Source: Reclinomonas americana ATCC 50394 (Eukaryota). From it: a stretch of DNA of 51,869 bases. This document shows, piece by piece, positions 24,543-36,216 of this stretch; the stretch's first letter is position 1, and the number at the start of each line of letters is the position of its first letter. The stretch covers positions 134,250 through 186,118 of the forward strand of contig PS015160.1 in NCBI GenBank assembly GCA_048213135.1, in the 5' to 3' direction. The position numbers and the translations under genes are program-made. Below the pieces are notes generated by a model. It ran no database searches. It was not told where the DNA came from and saw nothing but the letters and a program-made list of their open reading frames with translations.

Positions 24543-27500
24543 ATGGACGCGGCAACAGGAGGCGGTGCGTGTGTGCACACCTCTCTCTCCCTCACTCACC
24601 CTTTCATTCACACTCACTCTCTCTTGTGTGTTTATTTTCTTTCGATATCGTTGACAGTTGCGCGCGCCTCTCCCTCCCCGCCTGTATCGCCTCCGTCGCC
24701 GACTTTGGACGTGTCTGTGCGACAATGGCGACTGCGACCGCTCTCGCCACACACACCTGCCTCGTCGCCTCCTGCTGGCCATGGAGTGCCGAACAATCAT
24801 CAGCACTCGTCTGGTGAGGAAGACGACGACGAGGATGAGTCATCCTCCTCGTCGCCGGGCATCCGCGAGGAGTACCGCGGAGCGCGTGCTGGTAAGGACG
24901 TGCTTACGCCTCCACGACCGGTGTCGTCGTCCAAGTCGAATCAGCGACTGGCGCGGCGACTGGCGGCGCTCATGCCGCGACCACTGCGTCCGCCGAGCTC
25001 TCCAGCCGCCTATCAGAACAAGAGAGGAGGCGGGTCGCCTGTGCCGGCGGTGGAGGCCGATGCAGTGTCGCTGGGCGTGGGTAGCGATGCCAGCCTGGCG
25101 CCTGTCGTGGCTCCGTTTCCGGGCATTCGACCGGCGACGGTCTTGCACTGGGATTTGGGAGAAGAGAATGGCGAGGAGGGCGAAGGAGCGGCAGTGGAGG
25201 ATGTCGTAATGCGGTCGCCGCCGCGTGCTGCTGGGGTGGCGGTGGGTGCGGCGAAGCACTCGGAGAGTGAGGTGTTGTGGCGTCGTGTGTTGGCTGCTTT
25301 CGGAGTGCGGCAGCGGCACAAGCAAGACACGGCGGCGGCGGTGCTTGTGGTGGTGCATTTGGCCATTATGTGGGCGCTGTTCATTATTGCTGTGTACCTG
25401 CTGGCACGCCCCACAGTCGCCTATCAGACGCTGCAGGTCACCGGTGAGTTTGGTTGACGGAATCGGTTTTCTTGTGAGGAATGCTGATCGGCGTGCGTTG
25501 CAGGTTCGGCGGCGTTGCCACAGACCACCATCATAGAGACGGTATCGATCACGTCAACACAAGCGGGACGTGCCGCCGAGGTTGTTATTGCCTCGCCGAC
25601 GCAAGCATCGCTGGGGTTCGATGGAGGTGGCGTGGCGCGTGGCACGGGGTTTCGGGTCGGCGCCGACAACGCCACCACGCTCTCCATCTCCCTTGCCACT
25701 GCTCCGCTGCTGCAACTGAAGCCGCGCACATCACTCAACGTCTTGTCGCTTCCACCAGTGTCGCGGAGGTTTGTTGCGAGCCCGCTTACGCGCGCGCTTG
25801 ATGCGTGAGCATCCACACTTAAATATCGCCTTTCCGCAGACTGCTGCAGCAAGACACCTCCGAATCATCGTTCCACATCCTTACAAACTCTGTACTCCTC
25901 GGTAACTCCACCTCGAGTGACGTGTACATGACGCGCCTGGAGTCCACGACTGGAACTGCCGGACGACTCATCTTGGCTGGACAGTCGGTGCCGGTGAGTC
26001 AGTGGTCGACCACGTGCGCAACCCCGTGCAACTGCTCACCTGCCCGCGTCGTGTACACAGAGCACCACCGCCGCGACTGGAGGCCGCATACTGCTGGTTG
26101 CGGGTGCCGGCAATCCTGGCGGCGACGTCGCCATTCAAGGAGGCTCAGGTGTGCAGCCGGGCCTATGTGTGGTGGGCTGTTGTCGAGGCTGATTGTGACA
26201 AAAATAATGTTGTCGAGCAGCGCAAACGTCTTCCACGGGCGGCAACGTATTCATCGCGGCCGGCAACGCAGGAGAGGCTCCCAACTCATCGGGCCTCGTG
26301 CAAGTGCACGGCACCAAGTTGCAGATCCGACCGCCGGGCAGGACCAACGAGAGCGGTGGCAACGGCGAAATTCAGATCGGCACACGTGCAGACCTCGGTG
26401 ATGTTGCGTGATTGGAGGGCAGTTCTCGGTCAGCGCCGCCTCTCACAGCTCTGACATCCTGCCATGCACTGCAGTGGATTACCTTGCGAGCGGATCCGCT
26501 TGCGTTCACGCTTCTTGACACGCTGTCGCGCACTATTGTTCGCTTTCCCGTCACTGGTCCATTCGACTTTGACCGTGAACTGTCGGTGAGGACGCGGCTC
26601 GGAGTCACCTCATCGGCGCCCGGCGGAGCCGCTCTCGTGTACGCCACTTCAAGCGGTGGCGGTTGCGTCTATTCTTTCCATACATCGTGAGGTGGGCCAC
26701 GCTGGTGCTTATCAATCCGTGGCACACAGATGGACTCGCACGCATGGTGCTGTCGGTCGACTCCAACAGTGTGGAGCTGGTTCGTGAGCCTTTGTGAGAG
26801 GTTGCTTGATCACGCATTCTCTTATTGCTTGTTGTGCTGTTTCCTGCGCAGCGGGTTAGCCAGAGCGCGACAACGGACACCGTCCTGTCCACCTCCAGCT
26901 CTAATCTTCGTGTCGTACCGAAGACTGGCTTCTCGACCGTGGTCGACAGCCCACTTTTCGTCACTCAGTCTGCGTCGGTGACCGGTCTTGTGACTGGCGG
27001 CAGCTTCACTACAGCCGGCACGGCGTCGGTCGCTGGTCTAATTACTGGAGGCAGCGTGACGACGACCGGCAGTGTGCAGAGTGGTACAGTTAGCTCGTCT
27101 GGCTTGATCAGCGGCGGCAGCATCACGACGGTTGGCTCCGTGCAGTCAGGCACTGTCAGCTCGTCTGGCTTNNNNNNNNNNNNNNNNNNNNNNNNNNNNN
27201 NNNNNNNNNNNNNNNNNNNNNNNNNNNNNNNNNNNNNNNNNNNNNNNNNNNNNNNNNNNNNNNNNNNNNNNNNNNNNNNNNNNNNNNNNNNNNNNNNNNN
27301 NNNNNNNNNNNNNNNNNNNNNNNNNNNNNNNNNNNNNNNNNNNNNNNNNNNNNNNNNNNNNNNNNNNNNNNNNNNNNNNNNNNNNNNNNNNNNNNNNNNN
27401 NNGTTGGCAGCATGCAATCCGGTACTGTTAGCTCTTCCGGGTTGATCAGCGGCGGCAGTGTGACGACTGTTGGCAGTGTCCAGTCTGGCACTGTTAGTTC

Positions 27501-30500
27501 AGCAGGATTGATCAGTGGTGGCAGTGTGACGACGGTTGGCTCCGTGCAGTCTGGGACTGTATCTTCCAGCGGCCTGATCAGTGGCGGCAGCGTCACGACA
27601 GCCGGCTCGATCGAGAGTCTGACGTTGAGCTCAAGTGGCTTGATCAGCGGTGGAAGTGTAACTACGGTCGGCAGCGTGCAATCTGGCACTGTTAGTTCGA
27701 GTGGCTTGATCAGCGGCGGCAGCGTGACGACGGTTGGAAGTCTGCAGTCGGGCACTGTCAGCTCGTCTGGTTTGATCAGCGGCGGCAGCGTGACGACGGT
27801 TGGAAGTCTGCAGTCGGGCACTGTCAGCTCGTCTGGTTTGATCAGTGGCGGCAGCGTCACGACAGCCGGTTCGATCGAGAGTCTGACGTTGAGCTCAAGT
27901 GGCTTGATCAGCGGTGGAAGTGTAACTACGGTCGGCAGCATGCAATCTGGCACTGTTAGTTCGAGTGGCCTGATCAGCGGCGGCAGCGTGACGACGGTTG
28001 GAAGTCTGCAGTCGGGCACTGTCAGCTCATCCGGGTTGATCAGCGGCGGCAGCGTCACGACAGCCGGTTCGATCGAGAGTCTGACTTTGAGCTCATTTGG
28101 CTTGATCAGCGGCGGTAGTGTGACGACGGTTGGCAGCATACAGTCTGGCACCGTGAGCTCCTCTGGCTTGATCAGTGGCGGCAGTGTAACTACTGTTGGT
28201 AGTCTTCAGTCGGGCACTGTTAGTTCGAGTGGCCTGATCAGCGGCGGCAGTGTGACGACGGTTGGTAGCATGCAGTCCGGCACTGTGAGCTCAAGTGGTT
28301 TGATCAGTGGTGGAAGTGTGACGACAGCCGGTTCGATCGAGAGCCTGACGTTGAGCTCGAGTGGCTTGATCAGCGGCGGCAGTGTGACGACGGTCGGCAG
28401 CATGCAGTCGGGCACGGTCAGCTCGTCTGGTTTGATCAGCGGCGGAAGTGTGACGACGGTCGGCAGTCTTCAGTCTGGCACTGTATCTTCCAGCGGCCTG
28501 ATCAGTGGCGGCAGCGTCACGACAGCCGGCTCGATCGAGAGTCTGACGTTGAGCTCAAGTGGCCTGATCAGCGGCGGAAGTGTAACTACTGTTGGTAGTC
28601 TTCAGTCGGGCACTGTTAGTTCCAGTGGCTTGATCAGCGGCGGCAGTGTGACAACGGTCGGCAGTCTTCAGTCGGGCACGGTGTCCTCCAGCGGCCTAAT
28701 CAGCGGCGGCAGCGTCACCACGGCCGGCTCGATCGAGAGTCTGACGTTGAGCTCAAGTGGCTTGATCAGCGGCGGCAGCGTGACGACGGTTGGAAGTCTT
28801 CAGTCGGGCACGGTGTCTTCCAGTGGCCTGATCAGCGGCGGCAGTGTGACCACGGTCGGCAGTATGCAATCTGGCACTGTCAGCTCGTCTGGCTTGATCA
28901 GCGGTGGTAGTGTGACGACAGCGGGCTCGATCGAGAGTCTGACATTGAGCTCTTCTGGCTTGATCAGCGGCGGCAGCGTGACGACGGTCGGCAGTCTTCA
29001 GTCGGGCACGGTGTCCTCCAGCGGCCTGATCAGCGGCGGAAGTGTCACGACAGCAGGTTCGATCGAGAGTCTGACGTTGAGCTCTAGTGGCTTGATCAGC
29101 GGCGGCAGTGTGACGACGGTCGGCAGCATGCAGTCTGGTACCGTCAGCACCTCTGGCTTGATCAGCGGCGGCAGTGTAACTACTGTTGGTAGTCTGCAGT
29201 CGGGCACGGTGTCCTCCAGCGGCCTAATCAGCGGCGGCAGCGTCACCACGGCCGGCTCGATCGAGAGTCTGACGTTGAGCTCATCTGGCTTGATCAGCGG
29301 CGGCAGTGTGACAACGGTCGGCAGTCTTCAGTCGGGCACGGTGTCTTCCAGTGGCTTGATCAGTGGTGGAAGTGTGACCACTGCTGGTTCGATCGAGAGT
29401 CTTACTTTGAGCTCATCTGGCTTGATCAGCGGCGGCAGCGTGACGACGGTCGGCAGCATGCAGTCTGGCACTGTCAGTTCGTCTGGTTTGATTAGTGGCG
29501 GCAGTGTGACGACGGTCGGCAGTCTTCAGTCGGGCACCATCAGTTCATCTGGTCTGATCAGTGGCGGTAGTATCACGACAGCCGGCTCGATTGAGATGGT
29601 TTCTGTGAGCACCAGTGGCCTCATTAGTGGCGGCAGTGTGACAACGGTTGGCAGCATGCAATCTGGCACTGTTAGTTCATCTGGGTTGATCAGCGGTGGC
29701 AGTGTGACGACAGCCGGTTCGATCGAGAGTCTGACGTTGAGCTCGAGTGGCTTGATCAGTGGCGGCAGCGTGACGACGGTCGGCAGCATGCAATCTGGAA
29801 CTGTCAGTTCGTCTGGTTTGATCAGTGGCGGCAGTGTGACGACGGTCGGCAGTCTTCAGTCTGGCACTGTTAGTTCCAGTGGCCTCATCAGCGGCGGCAG
29901 TGTGACGACGGTCGGCAGCTTGCAGTCGGGCACCATCAGTTCATCCGGTTTGATCAGCGGCGGCAGTATCACGACAGCCGGCTCGATTGAGATGGTTTCT
30001 GTGAGCACCAGTGGCCTCATTAGCGGTGGTAGCATCACAACAGCCGGTGCAATTGAGAGTCTGACAGTGAGTTCCAGCGGCCTCATCAGTGGCGGCAGCA
30101 TCACGACGGCGGGCTCGATTGAGAGTCTCACATTGAGCTCGAGTGGCTTGATCAGCGGCGGCAGTGTGACGACGGTCGGCAGCCTGCAGTCTGGCACTGT
30201 CAGCTCAAGTGGTCTGGTCAGTGGTGGTAGCCTGTCGTCGGCGGGCACCATTGTGTCGTCGAACTTGGTAGGTGCACAGCGTCTGCAACTGGCCTCGGAT
30301 GACACTGACCGCACGATGGAGATTTCGTCGGGATTCGCGCTGCTGCAGTACGTCGAAGGCAGCATGGCGGCAAATGACAGGGTTTGTTCTCTTTTGCTGT
30401 TTCTTCTGCGTTGGAGAAAGAAAGCTGACGATGTGTTGTGTGTGTGTGTTTGGCGACACACAGCTGTATCTCCTCTCCGGGCACGGCGCGTACTCGGAGA

Positions 30501-31126
30501 TCACGCTCAACATGGTTTCGTGACCTCGTCCACCCACCGACAACCTACGGCGCCAATCTTTTCTCACCCCTTGGAGTGTGCGTGTACAATGCAGTCTCCA
30601 AGTTCCATGCCGTCGGATGCCGCTCTGAAAACCAATGTGAAACGCATCGAGGGAGCCCTCGAATCGACGCTGCGTCTGACCGGGCGCACATTCACCTGGA
30701 ATGAGGTCCGCCATAGTTGTCGTTCCATCCGCATCCCGCAGCTCTCTCACGTTGGCTTGCAGGCCGCGGCATCACTGGGCTTCGTGCCCGGCACCGAATC
30801 CCTCGGTTTCGTCGCACAGGAAATCGAAGAGCACTTGCCTCTCCTCGTGGAGAGCCGTAGTCGTCCCAATGGACTGGTGAGAACATGAGACAAGCATATC
30901 GCATACGCTCTTGGCGTGACACTCACAACTCCTCCTTGCGCAGACTGTGAAGCAGGTCGCCTACGCCCAACTGGTAGCTGTGCTGGTGGAGGCCATCAAA
31001 GAGCAGCAAGTGATCATTGATGACTTGCGCAGCCGCCTGCAGGAGCGCGAGCGCGCAGAAGCGTCGATCCTCGATCGACTGACCACAATAGAGCAAGCGC
31101 TACGTGCGCTCCGCGAACCGCTCTGA
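24543..31126 (+). CDS. Type II membrane-anchored repeat fibre protein with a C-terminal intramolecular chaperone/autoprocessing (Peptidase_S74) domain; 13 exons, about 1,900 aa
   Basis: ATG 24543 (MDAATGG|VARASP...). Pro/Ser-rich N-terminus; hydrophobic helix AAAVLVVVHLAIMWALFIIAVYLLA; RR|LL motif; GG-x-I-x-L-x-A-G repeats; 22-aa repeat stalk. Then SDAALKTNVKRIEGALE...FTW...LGFVAQEIEEHLPLLV...VAYAQLVAVLVEAIKEQQ and a coiled coil to TGA at 31124-31126. Confidence 0.85.
26965..30260 (+). repeat. Coding 66-bp tandem array (about 50 units of 22 aa)
   Basis: Unit QSGTVSSSGLISGGSVTTVGS[LMV], with variants AGSIESLTLSSS and AGSIEMVSVSTS. Interrupted by an N gap at 27172-27402. Confidence 0.95.
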
Positions 31127-31170
31127 TGAGGAGCAACAACACAATGCCGGTCCAGACACAAGAAAATTCC

Positions 31171-34100
31171 CTAATTTTTATAAAAGCTGTTGTAGTTTAG
31201 TTTCATCAACATGTGCGCCACTGCGCAATCCTCCAGTCAGCCACTGAAAACGATGCAACGAAAACCCACTCAGTCAATAGTGCAACGACGCAACAGTGTG
31301 TGTTCCCAGATTTCCGATGCACCGTAGTCAGCACCGACAGCAGCATGTGATGACCGTGTCGGAAGGCCTTGGAGATGCGCTGATGCTCCAACTCGAGCAG
31401 GTCGAGACCGGAGCTCGTCCCATTCTCTGCGTACCGTACGATCACTGAGAATGAGACCATTGACTTTCATGCAACGCAGCACACAAAGTCCTCACCGGCA
31501 AGCTCGCGAAACTGCAGTTCCCGCTGCCGCACCTCGACAGCGAGATCCAGTATCATGACAATGGTCGTCATGAGGCGAGAGGCCTGCGTGTGGACAACGG
31601 CGGTCAGAGATGCGCGTGGACAAACGACGGCTTGTGCGGTGCAACTCACCTTTTCTTGCAGGAGGCAGCGATGCCCGATTCGCTTCACATACTCGTCGTG
31701 CGCCTGCCGAATCTCATGGAGATTGAGAGTGGAGGCCGTGCTGAGGCGTTCCTGCAGCTCCAGCCACGACGTCTCCAGCACACGTGACATTACGTAGTCG
31801 TGCAGCGTGACGACAAAATGCAGCATCTCTGACCGCAGCAGCTGGAATTTGTGCACAAGCACGTGTCTCGTGGTAAGCGGATGACACGTGCTACCCTCCA
31901 GCACGTACTGCCAGATCATCGAGTGTGAGCGTGGCGAATTGCACAAACACGCAAATACACAAGAGGTGTCACGGACCTTGGCCAGCTTCAGCTGCAACAG
32001 GAAGGTGAACACGGTGCGATAAATCGACAGCGTGTCGTCGCGAATGACCAAATTGAGAGGCCACCCGACCTACACGAGAAGGAGTGAGCATCGTGTGCGA
32101 AGAGTAGAATCTGCTCTGTAAACAATCACCTGAAACTCGATGTGGTACCGCCGCAGCTTCTTCATCACCGTGTCTGGAATGCCGCCAGCTACCGATGGCG
32201 CGGCAACTTCGCGCGCGTCTCCGTCGGGGACGAGTGGAAGAACTCCAAAATGGATACGCTCCACCATTTCACGTGTGGTCGGACAGCCGCGCAACACCTC
32301 ACGCAACGACGAGTCTCCCTCCAGTGCGTCCACCCAATCGGGATCGGCCATGAGCTGCAGTCATGCACGCAAGCACTCGTGAGTGACGGCGCTCGTACAC
32401 TGCACACACTGGGAAAAAACATCCAACGCAACTCGCTCAAAGACCACTTGGCAGAATTCGTGCATGACGTCGCCTTGGCCCATGAAGAACACAGCCTTCA
32501 GCTCTCGCAGGCGCTGCAGGAGGCCGCATTTCTCAAACAGCAGGCGATTCAGGTAGGGTGCCACTGTCTGGCACTGGTGCCGAATGTGCGACAGCAGCGT
32601 ATCACGCAGCAGCACACTGAACGGGATGCGGCTGACCACGGTGGCGTCTGTTGGAAGAAAAGAAAAATCGGTGGGATGATGTCGATAAAAATGCTTCAGC
32701 AAACAACCTCACTCGCACCATCCGCAGAGAGTGCGACGCGTCGCCGAGGTGCCAGTATTGCATCCAGAGCCGGAAGTGCGAACACGGGGGCCGAATCGAG
32801 AAAGTCGGAATCCACAGAGATGGCATCCATGGCCTCTGCATGCACAGAAGTGAGTCACATTGCCGCAGCGCATGTGCGTGTGTGCGCCATTTGCTCGCCG
32901 CACCAGCCGTGAAAAACGTTCTAGACTCGTCCTCCGACTCTGCCGCCAGTGCTGACGGCCGCCAATCGTGATCACCAAAGAGATCGTCGGCCGCCGAGAG
33001 GACATGCCGTCTGCACAACGCTCAGCCATCAGGGGCCCACCAACAGTAATTCTGAATCCATTGACAAACCGTGCTGTTGGAGTCTTGCCAGTCTGCTGCA
33101 GTGGTCCGCGACCGCGCTCTGCGACGCGAACAGAGTGGTCAAACAACGCTGACTTTCACATCAAGGAAGGCGAACAACAGCGGTACGAAACTGACAGCCG
33201 TAAAGAATGTGGGTGCGCGCGCAGACACTCGGTGGCCGCACGTCACCGCAATCGAATCGGCAAACAGCGCGTGCAGTGGCTCACGCCGCAGCAACGTAGA
33301 AATGCTGCCGGACGACAGCAACTTGCTCTCCTGAGAAACGAGTCGCCGCCTCTGTCGTGAGTGTCCGTGTAGGCAGCGGGGCGATAGTGAGAATGGTTTC
33401 GTACCTTCTCAATGTACATGATGAGATTGATGGACTTGCCAGCCAGCAGAATATCTTGCACCAGTTCCCGCAGAAACGACGGCACTAACAGCTCTTCTGC
33501 TGGCACAGAAATCGACAAGTATTTGTTAAGCACATCACCACGCACCACGTTAGTTATAACCTCACCGTTTCGACGACGACTGTCATCGCTGGGGACCGTG
33601 CGTAGACGGAAAGCTGACACGAATCCCTCGTACGACTCCACACGCACGCCAGGTGTCCTGTGTGCTCGTGAATGACGTGTCTTACAGAGGTGGTCTCCCA
33701 GTCGGCATCACACACCGTGCAATCATGAACTCGTCAAAGGCGTCGTTGAGAATGCCCTCATACAGCCACGAATCCAGCATGTCGAGAAGCGGATTCACGG
33801 CATCACAAAAGAGCTCAACGACCAGACCATAAGCATCCGGTGTCAGATTCAGCTGCGTCTGACACACGTAATTGTACCTGATCCACGAAACGCATGAGCA
33901 GTGAGGGAGACGAGGTGCGTAGGCTCCTCAGCAAGCGACCGTCAAGCACGCAACAGCAACGACAGAATGCGGGAGGCACTCGCTGCACGCGACTGGTCCG
34001 GCTCCAGAGGTCTCACAAACGCGAGGACATCGTGCACCAAGTCGAGTGGTCGAACCGCCGCGCGAACCTCGTTCTCCACAGCCAGCACTGTGACTCGACG

Positions 34101-36136
34101 AAGTCCTGTGAAGCGAGCGGCGATGGGTGAACGTGGTTTCTCACAAGCAATCGCCTTCAACAAATTCTCTCACCTCGCAGACGAACTAATCTCGGCGACT
34201 GCAACAACGGGGCCAGCACCGGATGTGTGGCACGTACGTGTGGCGCGTCGACGTGCAGCATGATTTCTGCTGCCCGCTCAATCTCCGAAATGTGCGTCTC
34301 GAACTCGACGAGATGCCGCTTGATGGCGTGCGCCAGCGCCTGATGCACCTGTGTCATCACCGCGGCCAGCTCCTCCACATTTTCGACCCGCTCCGGACGA
34401 CACCCTGCCAGTTCGACTCTGTGTGTGCAAACAGCGGTGAGGGGGAAAGCGAGAGAAGGAAACGAAGGTGACACAATTCGTCGCACCTTTCCACAAAGTT
34501 ACGCAAACTCACAACCGTATTGGCAGCGCGACAAACCATCGCCAACACAGCCTCCGAGGCTGCCGCCGTGATGCCGGCAAGGCGAATGTGACCTCGTGGC
34601 TGTACAATAGGAAGCACGGGGTCAGCTGTCATGTCTACAGAGTATGAAAAGAGCAGCCAGTGCGACGGAGACCTCCAGCATGCCAGAATCCGGCCGACAC
34701 AAGAATAGACCCGATGGCACACCGTGCAGTGCGTGCAGTAGCTCTCGCACAACACCGTGCTCATTCTCAAACACCACGCCACCCGGTTGCGCCACGACAA
34801 ACGGGGCCAACTGTGCCTGTCGCTCGTACATGTCATCGACAGTCGGTGGTGCTGTGCGTGTGGCGACGGAGTGAGTCGCCAACAGAGTGGATAACTCGCA
34901 ATGCACATGCATCTCTCCACACCTTGCCCAAGGGACGTCACGGAGGTGGTCGTCGTTGTCGTCGTTGTGGATGTCCGCGGCCGCAGCACCTCAGTCTGTC
35001 GACTCTCAAAGCGCTCCAGCCACTCCCGCTCCTCCTCCGTCTCCGGCTCGTCGACGTCGAGACACTCGGCCGGCGTGTCGTCGTCTGGCGTCTCCAGCAA
35101 TCCGCCCTCGCCTCGTGTTGTGCCTGTCTCTGACGGCCACGAATCCGCTGCGGCCGATATTGCACCACGATCGCCGGCACCTTTCCTCCTCTTGGCCTCG
35201 TTCGCCCGCCGCTCATTCGAATCCTCGTCATCCGTTCCCGACGCAGACGAGGCGCTGGAGAGCGAGTCGTCGTCCTCGTCTTCGACCAACTCGTCTTCCC
35301 ACTCGTGCAGTTCCAACCAGGCACTGTGTGGTAATTAGATCTCACGAATAATGCGGCGTGCGACGACGCAAGAGGACGCACACGCTTGGTTCCTCGTCCT
35401 CGTCTTCATCGTCCTCCAGGAAGTGATCAGTGGCCGGCGCTGGCAGCTGCGGAGCATTGCAGGGAGCGAAACTCAACAAACGAGCGACACAACAACGCAG
35501 GCGGCACGTCGAACCTGTCGCTGCAGCATGGCCTGCACGTCGTACGCTGCCCACTCGTAATCATCGGTGCCCTCCAGCGGCGACGTAGACAGCAGCAGCA
35601 GCACAGAGAGGATCGCGTGATTCGTCTCCTGTGCCAGCACAGAATCAGCAGAGGCCGCAGGGGAACGAGACAGAGTGTGATGAGAAGAGGAGCCCAACCG
35701 CTTCCTCGTGGTTCCACCGAAGCGAGAGGAATCGCTGCACAAGGGCCTCCAGAGCCTTGGCTTTGTGCATCTGCGAGTTCACGCGAAGCTTTGCCGCCAG
35801 CCTAACGCGTGCACGTCAGAGCGAACAGAGAAGAGACTTGTCGATCCATCCATCACACACACACACCCTTGCAGAGTCCTCTCCACGACCTTGGTGTCGA
35901 CATCCAAGAACGAGTGCTGACACAGCGAATCCACAGTAAACTCAAACGCGCGTCGACGATCGTCCTCGCTCATCTCATCCACCTGTGCGCGCAAAGAGTG
36001 AGCGAGCCAAACTGCTGCCGCTGATCACACCCATTGTGGTGGTGGTGTACACAACAGGCAGGAGGCATTGTGTAAGCCGAAGCGCGAGGTCCTCCACGCG
36101 TCGCTGTCGACGCACGGCGAAACGCGACGTGGCCAT
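31171..36136 (-). CDS. TUBGCP5: Gamma-tubulin complex component, most likely GCP5
   Basis: N-terminal AFEFTVDSLCQHSFLDVD and HAILSVLLLLSTSP. GRIP motifs LDSWLYEGILNDAFDEF, PSFLRELVQDILLAGKSINL, LRELKAVFFMGQGD, WPLNLVI, YRTVFTFLLQLK, HFVVTLHDYVMSRVLETSW and AHDEYV. C-terminal LMKLNYNSFYKN*. Confidence 0.85.
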
Positions 36137-36216
36137 CTCGCTGGGAGAGAGTGAGAGTGAGGAAAAGCGCGCGAAAATGAATTGCGATTGTATCTGTCCA
36201 TTGTGTAAGGTTTGAG

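Noticed and set aside
27172-27402. Apparent frameshift in the fibre gene
   Set aside because: The frame change falls across an N gap of estimated length.
26965-30260. Possible CRISPR array or diversity-generating cassette
   Set aside because: These are contiguous in-frame coding repeats with no unique spacers, and no cas or reverse transcriptase gene is nearby.
27156-30461. Minus-strand repeat ORFs (VVTLPPLIKPDELTVPD)
   Set aside because: They are the antisense shadow of the 66-bp array and are broken by stops, while the plus frame stays open into the S74 domain.
24543-31126. Prophage or giant-virus insertion
   Set aside because: No capsid, packaging, polymerase or integrase genes, no terminal repeats, 12 spliceosomal introns, and housekeeping neighbours.
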